DNA of 64,000 nt from Thermoplasmata archaeon (lineage in GTDB: Archaea; Thermoplasmatota; Thermoplasmata; Thermoplasmatales; GCA-001856825): NCBI GenBank assembly GCA_021792255.1, contig JAJYUZ010000004.1, positions 68,692 to 132,691 of the forward strand, written 5' to 3'. The notes beneath the pieces were generated by a model. That model made no database searches. It worked only from the letters and a program-made list of their open reading frames with translations, and had not been told where the DNA came from. The position numbers and the translations under genes were made by a program. Positions 9,938 through 20,082 of this stretch are shown here, in pieces (the first letter of the stretch is position 1; every line of letters begins with the position of its first letter).

Positions 9938-10159
9938 CTAATCAAATGGTAAGATTTCCTCGAGAAGCTCTGCGTTAGAAAGAATCATTCTCCTGCAACA
10001 ATATCTGGTAACGTCCAGATCGTCCAGGATTTCAGATATCTCTTCTGCAGTGACTTCTCTGTTCTTCGTTTTTTTGATCTCGCCAACTCTGTCTGTAAAG
10101 CGGACATAATCAGATCCAATGACCCTTCCACAGCTAAAACATCTGACGGGTATAATCAT
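9938..10159 (-). CDS. rpoN: DNA-directed RNA polymerase subunit N (Rpo10)
   Basis: 73 aa starting MIIPVRCFSCGRVIG, with a later RYCCRRM zinc-binding signature. Confidence 0.95.
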   Translation of the reverse strand: MIIPVRCFSCGRVIGSDYVRFTDRVGEIKKTKNREVTAEEISEILDDLDVTRYCCRRMILSNAELLEEILPFD

Positions 10160-10163
10160 TTTT

Positions 10164-10559
10164 TCACCTGTACGACTTCTGTTTCTTCTTCCTAGCTCCT
10201 GTTCCTCCAGGTTTCTTCGGGAGCTTCTTTCTTACATCATTTACGAGCAGGGCCCTGTCGTATTCTTTGAATGTTTTTTCAAGATCCTGATCTTTGAAGA
10301 AGTCGATGATTGCCCTCGAAATAGCGGTCCTAGCAGCTTCAGCTTGGCCTATTACACCTCCACCTTGAGTGTTGACGGAGATGTCTACTACCTTGACTTT
10401 ATCGCCCGCTAGCATAACCGGTTCCATCATTTTCAGCTTAGCGAGTTCGGGTTGGTATATCTCGATAGGGGTCCCGTTTATCCTTATTCTTCCTTTGCCT
10501 TCTTTTATCGTCGCTCTCGCGACTGCAGTCTTCCTAGCACCACTAGTCTCAATTACCAT
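10164..10559 (-). CDS. rps9: 30S ribosomal protein S9 (uS9)
   Basis: 131 aa with GRKTAVARA-like N-terminus (ARKTAVARATIKEGKG), GGGVIGQAEAARTAISRA, and a basic C-terminus ending SYR. Confidence 0.95.
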   Translation of the reverse strand: MVIETSGARKTAVARATIKEGKGRIRINGTPIEIYQPELAKLKMMEPVMLAGDKVKVVDISVNTQGGGVIGQAEAARTAISRAIIDFFKDQDLEKTFKEYDRALLVNDVRKKLPKKPGGTGARKKKQKSYR

Positions 10560-10956
10560 CTAAAATCACTTTTGATCCTAATTCTTTGCAAATCTCGTAA
10601 AGGGTCACGACGTTTGCAACGTGTTTGTTTTGATACTGTTCAAGCTTTTCCAGTTCTTTCCCGCTGAAATCCTTGGGAACTCCGATGAAGACTCTTAACC
10701 TCTTGAGGGCTTCTATACCTTTGGTGTTCTTCATTGGAAGCATTCCTCTCACTGTCCTCCTAAAGATTCTGTCTGGCTCTTTTGGGAACCTAGGTCCCTT
10801 CCTGACAGAGCCAACATCCCTTTCCATCTTGTATCTTTCAATTGTGTACCTTCTTCTTCCAGAAACTACTGCCTTTTCCGCGTTCACAACTACAATCTCA
10901 TCGTCCTTTGTCAGCAGTTCCTTTGCAAGGTATGAGGAGGCCCTTCCAAGTACCAA
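10549..10956 (-). CDS. rpl13: 50S ribosomal protein L13 (uL13)
   Basis: 135 aa with LGRASSYLAKELL and RTVRGMLP motifs. Overlaps rps9 by 11 nt, the conserved archaeal gene order. Confidence 0.9.
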   Translation of the reverse strand: MVLGRASSYLAKELLTKDDEIVVVNAEKAVVSGRRRYTIERYKMERDVGSVRKGPRFPKEPDRIFRRTVRGMLPMKNTKGIEALKRLRVFIGVPKDFSGKELEKLEQYQNKHVANVVTLYEICKELGSKVILDGN

Positions 10957-10986
10957 GTTGCTACCATCGATTATTCTAATTTCACA

Positions 10987-11343
10987 TCACCCTATTATTT
11001 TGACCTTGGTCCCTTTTGAGTTTTCACCCATTAGTTCCCTCAGCGTGATTGCCTTTCCGCCGGCATCTTCTATCTTTGACCTTGCGGATTTAGAGAAATA
11101 GAGGGCTGCGACTTTGACCGGTTCTTCTATTCTTCCCGAACCAAGAACAACGCCAGGAACGAGAACAACGTCGTCACTTGTAGCGAAGCGCGATATCTTT
11201 CCAATATTGACTTCAACCAAATTGTCCTTCGATTTCCTGATTCTTTTCGCGATATCTCCCCAGAACCTTGAATCGTTCTCTAAAGCTGTCTTCTTCATAT
11301 CCAACGCAAGTCTTTCCCTCTCATCCTTTTCATTTACACCCAT
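10987..11343 (-). CDS. rpl18e: 50S ribosomal protein L18e (eL18)
   Basis: 118 aa. Supported by position upstream of rpl13-rps9-rpoN and by VNIGKISRF...VVLVPGVVLGSGRI, typical of eL18. Confidence 0.85.
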   Translation of the reverse strand: MGVNEKDERERLALDMKKTALENDSRFWGDIAKRIRKSKDNLVEVNIGKISRFATSDDVVLVPGVVLGSGRIEEPVKVAALYFSKSARSKIEDAGGKAITLRELMGENSKGTKVKIIG

Positions 11344-11390
11344 TTATCAAGCACCTGGGTCGGAAGGTATGAATTAACTATTAATAAATG

Positions 11391-12197
11391 TTATCTGGAC
11401 TTTGTAAGCTCCAAGGCATTCTTTAGGATCTCAGCACTGGTAACTACTCCCACCCCTCCAGGCACTGGAGTGTAATCGACCAAACTGTTCTTCACGTCTG
11501 CTTCAAAGTCTCCCTTCACTTTCCCGTCCTTGACATTAATTCCTATGTCTACAACTATTTTCTTGCTCTTGATTGATGAAGACTTTAGATAACCGGCCCT
11601 TCCTACCGCCAAGAACACGATATCACTTTCGTCTATCAACTCGTCAACATTTTGAGTCTTGCTGTGTGCAACAGTCACAGTAGCATCCCTGTTGAGCAGC
11701 ATTTGCGATAGTGGCCTTCCCACGGTCACCGACCTATTTATCACCAGAGTCCTCTTTCCCTTGAAGTCAACGTTGTAGTAAGCTAGTATGTCTATGGCTC
11801 CCTTGGCAGTAGCTGGGGCAACTCCTTCCACTCCGAAGAACAATTCTCCCATGTTCTGGAAAGTGAGACAGTCCGCATCTTTGTCTGGATCAAGCACAGC
11901 AGATACCATCTCGTTTGTTATTCCCTTCGGGAATGGCCTTCCAACGATTACGGCAGTGTACGTCGGATCTTCATTCAGACTCCTTATCGTGTCCAACAAA
12001 TCCTCGCCCTTTATTACTAGAGACGTGAAGTCGATTCCCACTTTCTCTGCATTCTTCTTTATACTATTGAAATAAACAATCGATTCCAAGTCTTCATCGT
12101 AAGCAACAGATGCCATCGTTATTTTTCCATACTCTGCAACTCCCTTCTTGACTCTTTCTAGAATTTCTTTGGATAAGGGTCTGCCGTCCAAAAGCAT
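11391..12197 (-). CDS. folD: Bifunctional methylenetetrahydrofolate dehydrogenase/cyclohydrolase
   Basis: 268 aa with NRSVTVGRPLSQMLL, ATVTVAHSKT and TPVPGGVGVVT motifs. Confidence 0.9.
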   Translation of the reverse strand: MLLDGRPLSKEILERVKKGVAEYGKITMASVAYDEDLESIVYFNSIKKNAEKVGIDFTSLVIKGEDLLDTIRSLNEDPTYTAVIVGRPFPKGITNEMVSAVLDPDKDADCLTFQNMGELFFGVEGVAPATAKGAIDILAYYNVDFKGKRTLVINRSVTVGRPLSQMLLNRDATVTVAHSKTQNVDELIDESDIVFLAVGRAGYLKSSSIKSKKIVVDIGINVKDGKVKGDFEADVKNSLVDYTPVPGGVGVVTSAEILKNALELTKSR

Positions 12198-12296
12198 GAG
12201 GGTTTATTCTATTTGAGGATTAAAGCTAATCCAGAAGAATTGAGTATGAAATTAATCAACAAAACACTTAATTAGGGATTTTCACTTGCCAAACGA

Positions 12297-14234
12297 ATGG
12301 ACGAGTTATCAGAATGGATAAAGTCTAAGGGTATTGACACTACCAATGACATCAAGATACCGGACAAATTAGTGGATCAGGTCATTGGTCAGGATCAAGG
12401 GGTCGAAGTCATTAAAAGAGCAGCAAAGCAGAAACGGCATGTCATTTTGATAGGAGAACCCGGAACGGGAAAATCAATGCTCGCCCAATCTATGACAGAT
12501 TTTATCCCCAAGGAAGAGCTGGAAGATATTCTGGTTTTTCACAACCCAGAAGATGCGAATCGCCCCAAGATAATCACCGTCCCCGCTGGCAAGGGAAAGG
12601 AGATCACGAAGGACTACCAGAAGAGAGCAGATCAGGAAAAGACCGAAAAACAGAGAAGCGTGAGAATTTTAGTTATTTTTATCGTGATCATAGGACTGAT
12701 TTTCGCGTTTATCAACTATCCAACGAGCCACAGCATCGACTCTACTCCAATATTTCTTGCAATAATGGCAGCCGCCTTTCTGTACATCGCCCTTAATATG
12801 GGGCCCATCGCAAGGGAAGACAAGACGATGGTTCCAAAATTGCTGGTGGGACACGACAGAGACGACAAGCCACCATTTATAGACTCGACGGGAGCTCAAG
12901 CAGGCGCGCTTCTCGGAGACGTTAGACACGACCCATTTCAATCTGGAGGGCTGGAAACTCCAGCGCATCTTAGAGTGGAGGCTGGAAATATCCACAAGGC
13001 GAACAAGGGAGTGCTATTCATAGACGAGATCAACACACTTAGGATGGAGAGCCAGCAGAGCCTTCTCACCGCAATGCAGGAAAAGAAATACACGATTGCC
13101 GGGCAGAGCGAAAGATCTGCGGGAGCACTTGTCCAGACAGAAATGGTTCCGTGCGATTTCATTTTAGTGGCGTCAGGAAATCTAGATGCCCTTCAAGGAA
13201 TGCATCCAGCACTGAGGTCTAGAATCAGAGGATATGGCTACGAAGTGTATATGAATACAATGATGGACGACACGGAGGAAAACAGGGAAAAGGTAATGAG
13301 GTTCGTAGGACAAGAGGTCACAAAGGACAAGAAGATCCCTGCGTTCGATTACACTGCAATAGCAGAAGTAATCAGGGAAGCCCAGAAGAGGGCTGGCAGG
13401 AAAGGTAAAATCACCCTGAGGTTAAGGGAGATGGGCGGTCTGATAAGGATTGCAGGTGACCTTGCAGTCCAATCGGCTTCTTCGGTCGTCACAGGAGATC
13501 ACGTTATAAAGGCTAAAATAAAAGCGAGGCCGCTAGAACAGCAGATCGCAGACAAACACATAGAGGCCAACAAGAACTACAAGACTTTCACCAATGAGGG
13601 CTACTCCATAGGAATAGTCAATGGATTAGCCGTTTTCAGTGCGGGATCAGGAATGGCAGAATATTCCGGAATAGTCATGCCGGTAGCGGCTGAAGTTACC
13701 CCCGCTCAAGAAAAGGAGAGCGGGAAGGTAATAGCAACTGGTAAACTCGGTGAAATAGCAAAGGAAGCAGTTCAAAACGTCTCTGCCGTCATCAAGAAAT
13801 ATACGGGACAGGATATAGCGAATCACGATGTGCATATCCAGTTCATTGGAAGCTATGAAGGGGTAGAAGGTGACTCCGCAAGCGTCACTATCGCTACTGC
13901 GGTAGTATCGGCGATGGAAGGTATTCCCGTGGACCAATCCTACGCAATGACGGGATCTCTGTCGATAAGAGGGCAGGTCCTTCCTGTAGGTGGTGTCACG
14001 GCAAAAGTCGAAGCAGCCATTGAAGCCGGCTTCAAGAATGTCATAGTCCCTGAGAGTAATAAGGGGGACATAGTTTTAGAAGAGACGCAGAGAGCCAAGA
14101 TTCAGATCCACGTTGTCAGGACAATCAGTGAGGTCCTGAACCTGGTGCTAGCATCTACAAAGTCAAAGACATCCCTTCTCTCCAAATTCGATTTTTCTGC
14201 CTCTACTGGCCAGGTGATGGTCAATCCCAGTTGA
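12297..14234 (+). CDS. lon: Archaeal membrane-bound ATP-dependent Lon protease (LonB)
   Basis: 645 aa with Walker A GEPGTGKSML and Walker B VLFIDEI. Two TM helices are inserted in the AAA+ domain (ILVIFIVIIGLIFAFI, IFLAIMAAAFLYIAL). C-terminal Lon protease domain carries GDSASVTIATAVVSA. Confidence 0.95.
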   Translation: MDELSEWIKSKGIDTTNDIKIPDKLVDQVIGQDQGVEVIKRAAKQKRHVILIGEPGTGKSMLAQSMTDFIPKEELEDILVFHNPEDANRPKIITVPAGKGKEITKDYQKRADQEKTEKQRSVRILVIFIVIIGLIFAFINYPTSHSIDSTPIFLAIMAAAFLYIALNMGPIAREDKTMVPKLLVGHDRDDKPPFIDSTGAQAGALLGDVRHDPFQSGGLETPAHLRVEAGNIHKANKGVLFIDEINTLRMESQQSLLTAMQEKKYTIAGQSERSAGALVQTEMVPCDFILVASGNLDALQGMHPALRSRIRGYGYEVYMNTMMDDTEENREKVMRFVGQEVTKDKKIPAFDYTAIAEVIREAQKRAGRKGKITLRLREMGGLIRIAGDLAVQSASSVVTGDHVIKAKIKARPLEQQIADKHIEANKNYKTFTNEGYSIGIVNGLAVFSAGSGMAEYSGIVMPVAAEVTPAQEKESGKVIATGKLGEIAKEAVQNVSAVIKKYTGQDIANHDVHIQFIGSYEGVEGDSASVTIATAVVSAMEGIPVDQSYAMTGSLSIRGQVLPVGGVTAKVEAAIEAGFKNVIVPESNKGDIVLEETQRAKIQIHVVRTISEVLNLVLASTKSKTSLLSKFDFSASTGQVMVNPS

Positions 14235-14382
14235 CCTAACCTATTATTTTTTAGATCATTTTGATGAAAGAGAACTGGACCGATTCGTCGACTGTTCGCT
14301 GATCAGAGAAGATAGGATACTGGGAAACGTTCATCTCGAAGTCGCGGTAAAATATGCGAAAGAGAATTTTGAGGGTGGAAGG

Positions 14383-14628
14383 ATGATAAGTAAGTCCCTG
14401 TGGAATGAAATTCTACTATACCTTTCTCTTCAAAGGCAAATATCGAAGGCTTTTGGAATGGTAGGTGTCAAAAATTATTCTGGAATCGTAGTCAAGGTCG
14501 AGCGATCCAAAACTTCAAAGTCTTTACCACGAATAGACGCGTCAACTTCCAAGAAGAAGTACTGGAACGTCAGTTCGGTAGAAGAATTGTTAGAACTTAT
14601 GGCAATATTTCATCTAGAGAACCACTGA
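14383..14628 (+). CDS. cgi121: Cgi121-like KEOPS subunit (N-terminus uncertain)
   Basis: SLWNEILLYLSLQRQISKAFGMVGVK matches the Cgi121 signature (..EILl..SG.RQI..Ai...G..). The same frame is open back to 14218 without a canonical start. Confidence 0.45.
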   Translation: MISKSLWNEILLYLSLQRQISKAFGMVGVKNYSGIVVKVERSKTSKSLPRIDASTSKKKYWNVSSVEELLELMAIFHLENH

Positions 14629-14920
14629 TCCGCAAAGGAACCATTGGACGGAAACATTTAGTCCTCAACTCCGACCACCACAAACTTTGTAGTACGCCTC
14701 TCTTTCTATCGCCATTATTCCTCTAGATTTCACTATGATCTCGTTCTTGGAGAGATCGATTTCCTAATCTAAAATTCCTTACTTCTATGAGCGATTCTTG
14801 GTCAAATGAATTCCGTTATAATTCACGGTTTGCGGCATCGATTTTGGAATGATCCTCGAAGACGACTCCACATGTTTTTATAGCTTTTCAACATACCTTT
14901 CCCACTACGTAGGAATCTAA

Positions 14921-17900
14921 ATGATAATAAGAGGTAATAATGAGTACAATCTGGAACAATATCTGGATCCGTTGGTCCTGGAATGGTTCACATCCAAGTA
15001 CAACAACGCAACAACGGCTCAGAGAATTGGGATTCCTCTTATTCATCAAAGAAAGAACGTCCTGATTTCTTCTCCGACTGGAACAGGAAAGACTCTTTCT
15101 GGCTTTTTGGTAATCATAAATGAGTTGTTCCTTCTCGCCAAACAGAACAAACTTGAAGACAAGATATATTGTGCATATGTCTCGCCATTGAAGGCACTTG
15201 CAAACGATATTCACAGGAACCTTGAAGTCCCGCTGGAGGAAATCAGGGAACTGGCAGAGGTCAAGGGAATTCACATTCCAAAGATCAGAGTGGGAGTAAG
15301 GTCTGGAGACACTAGCCAATATGTCAGGCAAAAGATGAATAAAACGCCGCCGCACATCTTCATCACGACTCCAGAGTCACTGGCCCTCGCTCTCTTCTCA
15401 CCAAAATTCAAAGAGAAATTCAGAGGGGTGGAATTCCTCATTGTCGACGAGATCCACGATCTTGCCTCAAATAAGAGAGGAGAACTACTCAGCCTGATCA
15501 TCGAATTTCTTCAGCACGGCAGGGGTACAATCACCAGAATAGGTTTATCCGCAACGACTGAACCCATCGATGAATTAGCAAAATTCCTGGTCGGAAACGT
15601 CGACAACGTGGATGTGCACATTGTCGAAGCAGAATCGAACAAGAACCTCGATATGAAAGTGATATGCCCGGTCTCTGACCTGTTTTCGGCTCCCCAGGAA
15701 CAGATAAATGAGAGGACCTATGACATAATCGAGTCGATGGTCAAAGAACACACCACGACTCTCGTGTTCACAAACACAAGAAGTGGTGCGGAAAGGGTGT
15801 CATCAAAGCTCATAGAGAGAGGTATTATGGACCTCGAAGCACACCATTCGAGTCTGTCCAAGGAGTCGAGATTCAACGTCGAGGAGAGATTGAAGAAGGG
15901 AGAACTCAAGTGCGCGGTTTCTTCCACTTCTCTTGAGCTTGGTATAGACATCGGGAGCATAGATTTGGTAGTCCAGGTCGGCTCCCCAAAGGGCATCGCA
16001 AAGGGGCTTCAGAGAGTTGGCAGATCGGGGCACTCCGTCTTCGCCACAGCGAAAGGACGTATCATTCCAATGGACATCGACGACCTTGTCGAATCACTCG
16101 TCCTAGTGAAAGCTGCTAAGGCTAAGAGGCTAGATCGATTGACGATACCCAGGAACTCTCTCGACGTCCTGAGCCAGTTCATAGCAGGAATCTCACTGGA
16201 AAAGAAGTGGAGAGATGAGGAAGCTCTCCAGCTCGTGAGGAAGACATACTGCTACAAAGATCTCAAAGAAGAGGATTTCTTGAACGTCCTCAACTATCTC
16301 TCGGGAGGCTTCGAGGAAGGGAACGTTTACTCCAAAATCTGGTGGGACAGGAAGGAACACACCTTTGGAAGGAAAAAGAGCACCAGACTGATATATTTCA
16401 CGAACGCCGGCACCATCCCAGAAGAAGCAGACTACGATGCATACTCAGTAGACAACAGGCACCTCGGTGCACTGTCGGAAAAGTTCGTCGAAAAACTGCA
16501 TAGGGGAGACATATTCGTTCTTGGTGCAAGGACGTACGAGTTCCTAAGAATGAGAGGGAACAAGGTGTTCATCAAGGATGCATCTGGTAGAAAACCGACA
16601 GTCCCATCCTGGGTAGGAGAAATGCTTCCTAGGACGTTTGACTTATCAATAGAGATCGGAAAATTCCGGAAGGCACTGGAAGAGAGAATGAAAAATGGGA
16701 TTGCAGAAGACTTCCTCAAAAATGAGTACGCAGCCGACGAGAACAGTGTGAGAAGCGTCATTTCCTACATCACCAACCAGATGGATTATGGAGTGCCTAC
16801 AAACGACAGTCTTCTGATAGAGGGCTACATAGACAAGGCGGGCCAATTCTCGATCATATTCCACTTCGCTTTCGGCAGAAGGGTCAACGATGCACTAAGT
16901 AGAATTATAGCATTCAACATCTCAAAGAACTTCTCAGTCAACTCAAGAATATCCCTGACCGACGATGGTTTCATGCTCACTTTCAACAGGCGAGTGGAAG
17001 TAGCCAAGATTAATGAATTGCTACCAACGATAACGATTGGAGGATCGCTCAGAAGTGCGGTCAAATCGACCGAACTTTTCAAGCAGAGATTTAGACACTG
17101 CGCCACTCGCTCATTTATGGTACTAAGAAGATACAGAGGCAGAGAAGTATCGGTTGCGCGACAACAGCTCAGGAGCGAGAGAGTTCTCGACATACTTTTC
17201 TCTATGGAGAATTTCCCGATAATCGAAGAAACGTTCAGGGAGATTGAGGGGATCGTTATGGACCTTGATAATTCGGGGAAAATAATGACTTCCATCAGAA
17301 ATGGGGAGATAAAGATATTCTCAAGGGACTACACGAGATATCCGAGTCCATTTGGTTTCGGAATCATATCGACCGGGATCACTGACGTAGTTCTCATGGA
17401 GGACAAGAGTGCAATCATCAGGGAACTGCAGGAAGCACTTCTTGCCAAGATGGGCTTGGAGAGCAGTTCAGAAGTAGACATAGAATCACTAATGAATTAT
17501 CAGGAATCAAAACAGCTCTTGGACTCGGACGGAGGACTACTTGGTTTCCTCGGCAATGCAGGGTTTGCCGATCTCTACTCGACGGTGTCGTTCTCGCCTC
17601 TTAAGAAGGTTGACGACCCTGAAGAATACTACAGCAAGCTTTCCGAACACCTATCCACTGGAGAAATAGTTCCGGTGTTCACCGGAAAGACGGTGTATAC
17701 ACTGAAAGAGAACGTTCCCTACCTGGCATCAGTGTTCATACAGGAGAGCGACAGCAAAATCAATTTCAAGGACGGCGAGAGCACAAACGCGATTGCGAAG
17801 AACAACAACCTGGATCCAGAGTCGACTCTGTTAATTCTCAGAAAGATGGAAAGGGCGTACAAAGCATTCATCCTGAGACACGGAACGAGGGTAAAATGGT

Positions 17901-20017
17901 ACAACAGAACGGTCGAGAAAGCGAATCGAGGGGAATCGGCAGAAAAAGTAGTCCAGTGGCTACTCTGGCAGAATGGTCCCCTGACGTTCAATGAGATTGT
18001 CGATAGAACGGGGCAGATGAACGAGCTTGAGGAAGCAATAGAGAACCTTACTGCTAAGAAGATAATAGTATCTGGTAGATTTTTCCCGAAGAGGGACAGA
18101 CAGTACATACTCTCCGATGACCTCAAGAAGCTGAGATCTAGTGACGAAGTCGAAATCGGAAGAATAAGGTTGAACAGAGCTCTCGAGAAAAAAGGAGACA
18201 GCTATTTCGACAAATACCTAGTCGCAAGCAACGTGAATTCCCTCCTTGTCAGGGGATACGCCGATCAAGAAATAAATTCAAAGCGGATAGTTTACGGTCA
18301 CTTTGCGGGTTCAATCAGGGGGTACTTCGATGAAAGGTATCTTCCACAATTTATCTCCCTGAACAGGGTAGAGGAGCTGAGCAAGGACGAAAAGGAGACA
18401 ATCGATCTAGTTAAAAAAGGAAAGTATGGGATGGAAGACATAGAGGAGAAGACACTGGAGAAATTGGTCAAAGAGAACTATATAGTCTCAAAAGACGGAA
18501 GATCGATAGCTGTAAACGTGGGGCCAGCGGAACCAAAAGAGGTGCTGGAAAAATTTGTCGACACGTACGGACCCATAAGCATCGAGGAAATGGTGCAGAC
18601 ATTTGGAGTAACTGTCAGGAAATATATTGGAAAACTTGACGTCAAAAAGATGGTGAGCGGGCACTCCACGTACCTCTACTCCAATCTGGCTTTCACCAAG
18701 CAGAAGGGGGTCATAAGCAGAAAGGACCCTCTGTTTTTAATAAACAAGGAAAGGATAGAAGCGGAGACTGGAGAGGGAATGACTTACTTCCTTCTGGAAG
18801 ATGGAGCCATCAAACTGGGGATCGAAACCGCCACGGAGAATGGTATACTTGAGATATTCGAAATTACCGGAGATTATGCCAGCAATTTCGATCAGGTGAT
18901 GGAAGTAGTGAACGAGATTTCAAACCGTGAAAAGTTTGATTCTCTCGTGATAAGAAAGATTAGCTTTCCGATTCCAGACAAAGAGAGGATGGATAAAATA
19001 GGTTACTCGATGATAAGGAATTTCATGGTCAAAGGAACCACAGTTGAAGACTTTTCTCTTGAAGAGGAACAAATGATCCACTACCTTGTCAAGAAGCATC
19101 ACCTATCAAACGGATATAAGCACCCTGATCCAGTGATCGCACTCGGCTCAATCCTGGGATACAAGGGCAACTTTGAACTGATGATGAAGTGCGAAAGGAG
19201 CATTGATCTGGACAAACTGGTGATGAGCAATTTGGCAGTACAGGGGTACCTGATCGATGGTTCGCAGGGGTATCTGAGTAAAGAGAATGTTTCCCTTCTG
19301 GCTTCTGTGAAATACAATTCCCTCAGCGATAATGCAAAGAAGCTCTACGAGATAGTAAAGAAGATGCCGGCGCTCTCGAGAGAGGCGATAGTGGAGCATT
19401 CTTGCTTTACCATCAACCAGACGCTGAATTATATCAACGAAATGATGAAAAAAAGCATCATTTACAAAGACAATAAGGGAAGATATCGTCTTACCCTCCT
19501 ACAAAACAACAGTGAAGATGCAATGGACAGAGTCACGAGAGAGCTTGGTATTTTCAACGGCAGAATTCTTTCCTCCATACTGGGGCACTCGATAAACGGG
19601 AGCTTCATCTCGGGCTATCTTTCGAGGGGTATGGAGCAAAGCAAATTCCAAAGAATTCTCCCCCTGAAGTCGAGGGACGAGATAATGTACTGCTGGAAAA
19701 ACGAGACGTTCTCACCGCCCACGGGGAGTGAGGACGTGGTACTCTTACCAAGAACGCTTGCAATGGAACACGTCTCCTTGATACTTGGATGGAAACCGCA
19801 AGGGAAAATGGTGCTCCTGAGGGATGGTTACGACCCGATATTCTTCAAGGGAAAGAGATCAGGAAACAAGCTTTCGATAACCACGGAACTGAGGGATGAG
19901 ACCAAGAAGAGGATATCGAAGTATTTACAGGCAATTAACATTAAACTCGAGAAACCCGAGAACGACGAAGTCACAGAAAAATGGTACGAACAGATGATTC
20001 CGAAGAAATACAAGTGA
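14921..20017 (+). CDS. lhr: Lhr-type large superfamily-2 helicase, full-length form with ~800-aa C-terminal extension
   Basis: 1698 aa. N-terminus has AQRIGIPLIHQRKNVLISSPTGTGKT (motif I), LIVDEIHDL (motif II), GLSATT (III), LVFTNTRSGAE, and QRVGRSGH (VI). An Lhr-associated domain follows, then a long helix-rich C-terminal region. Confidence 0.85.
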   Translation: MIIRGNNEYNLEQYLDPLVLEWFTSKYNNATTAQRIGIPLIHQRKNVLISSPTGTGKTLSGFLVIINELFLLAKQNKLEDKIYCAYVSPLKALANDIHRNLEVPLEEIRELAEVKGIHIPKIRVGVRSGDTSQYVRQKMNKTPPHIFITTPESLALALFSPKFKEKFRGVEFLIVDEIHDLASNKRGELLSLIIEFLQHGRGTITRIGLSATTEPIDELAKFLVGNVDNVDVHIVEAESNKNLDMKVICPVSDLFSAPQEQINERTYDIIESMVKEHTTTLVFTNTRSGAERVSSKLIERGIMDLEAHHSSLSKESRFNVEERLKKGELKCAVSSTSLELGIDIGSIDLVVQVGSPKGIAKGLQRVGRSGHSVFATAKGRIIPMDIDDLVESLVLVKAAKAKRLDRLTIPRNSLDVLSQFIAGISLEKKWRDEEALQLVRKTYCYKDLKEEDFLNVLNYLSGGFEEGNVYSKIWWDRKEHTFGRKKSTRLIYFTNAGTIPEEADYDAYSVDNRHLGALSEKFVEKLHRGDIFVLGARTYEFLRMRGNKVFIKDASGRKPTVPSWVGEMLPRTFDLSIEIGKFRKALEERMKNGIAEDFLKNEYAADENSVRSVISYITNQMDYGVPTNDSLLIEGYIDKAGQFSIIFHFAFGRRVNDALSRIIAFNISKNFSVNSRISLTDDGFMLTFNRRVEVAKINELLPTITIGGSLRSAVKSTELFKQRFRHCATRSFMVLRRYRGREVSVARQQLRSERVLDILFSMENFPIIEETFREIEGIVMDLDNSGKIMTSIRNGEIKIFSRDYTRYPSPFGFGIISTGITDVVLMEDKSAIIRELQEALLAKMGLESSSEVDIESLMNYQESKQLLDSDGGLLGFLGNAGFADLYSTVSFSPLKKVDDPEEYYSKLSEHLSTGEIVPVFTGKTVYTLKENVPYLASVFIQESDSKINFKDGESTNAIAKNNNLDPESTLLILRKMERAYKAFILRHGTRVKWYNRTVEKANRGESAEKVVQWLLWQNGPLTFNEIVDRTGQMNELEEAIENLTAKKIIVSGRFFPKRDRQYILSDDLKKLRSSDEVEIGRIRLNRALEKKGDSYFDKYLVASNVNSLLVRGYADQEINSKRIVYGHFAGSIRGYFDERYLPQFISLNRVEELSKDEKETIDLVKKGKYGMEDIEEKTLEKLVKENYIVSKDGRSIAVNVGPAEPKEVLEKFVDTYGPISIEEMVQTFGVTVRKYIGKLDVKKMVSGHSTYLYSNLAFTKQKGVISRKDPLFLINKERIEAETGEGMTYFLLEDGAIKLGIETATENGILEIFEITGDYASNFDQVMEVVNEISNREKFDSLVIRKISFPIPDKERMDKIGYSMIRNFMVKGTTVEDFSLEEEQMIHYLVKKHHLSNGYKHPDPVIALGSILGYKGNFELMMKCERSIDLDKLVMSNLAVQGYLIDGSQGYLSKENVSLLASVKYNSLSDNAKKLYEIVKKMPALSREAIVEHSCFTINQTLNYINEMMKKSIIYKDNKGRYRLTLLQNNSEDAMDRVTRELGIFNGRILSSILGHSINGSFISGYLSRGMEQSKFQRILPLKSRDEIMYCWKNETFSPPTGSEDVVLLPRTLAMEHVSLILGWKPQGKMVLLRDGYDPIFFKGKRSGNKLSITTELRDETKKRISKYLQAINIKLEKPENDEVTEKWYEQMIPKKYK

Positions 20018-20082
20018 CCTGCTTTGTCGTTTTTCGAAAAATCTGTCGTTTTATTTCCAATTTAACGACAAAGTCCGGGCGA

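Noticed and set aside
14888-20013. About 15 minus-strand ORFs of 60-156 aa inside the Lhr helicase gene (for example 16825..17295 and 17719..18126)
   Set aside because: All are antisense to a single 1698-aa ORF with a complete helicase motif set. None has a recognisable motif.
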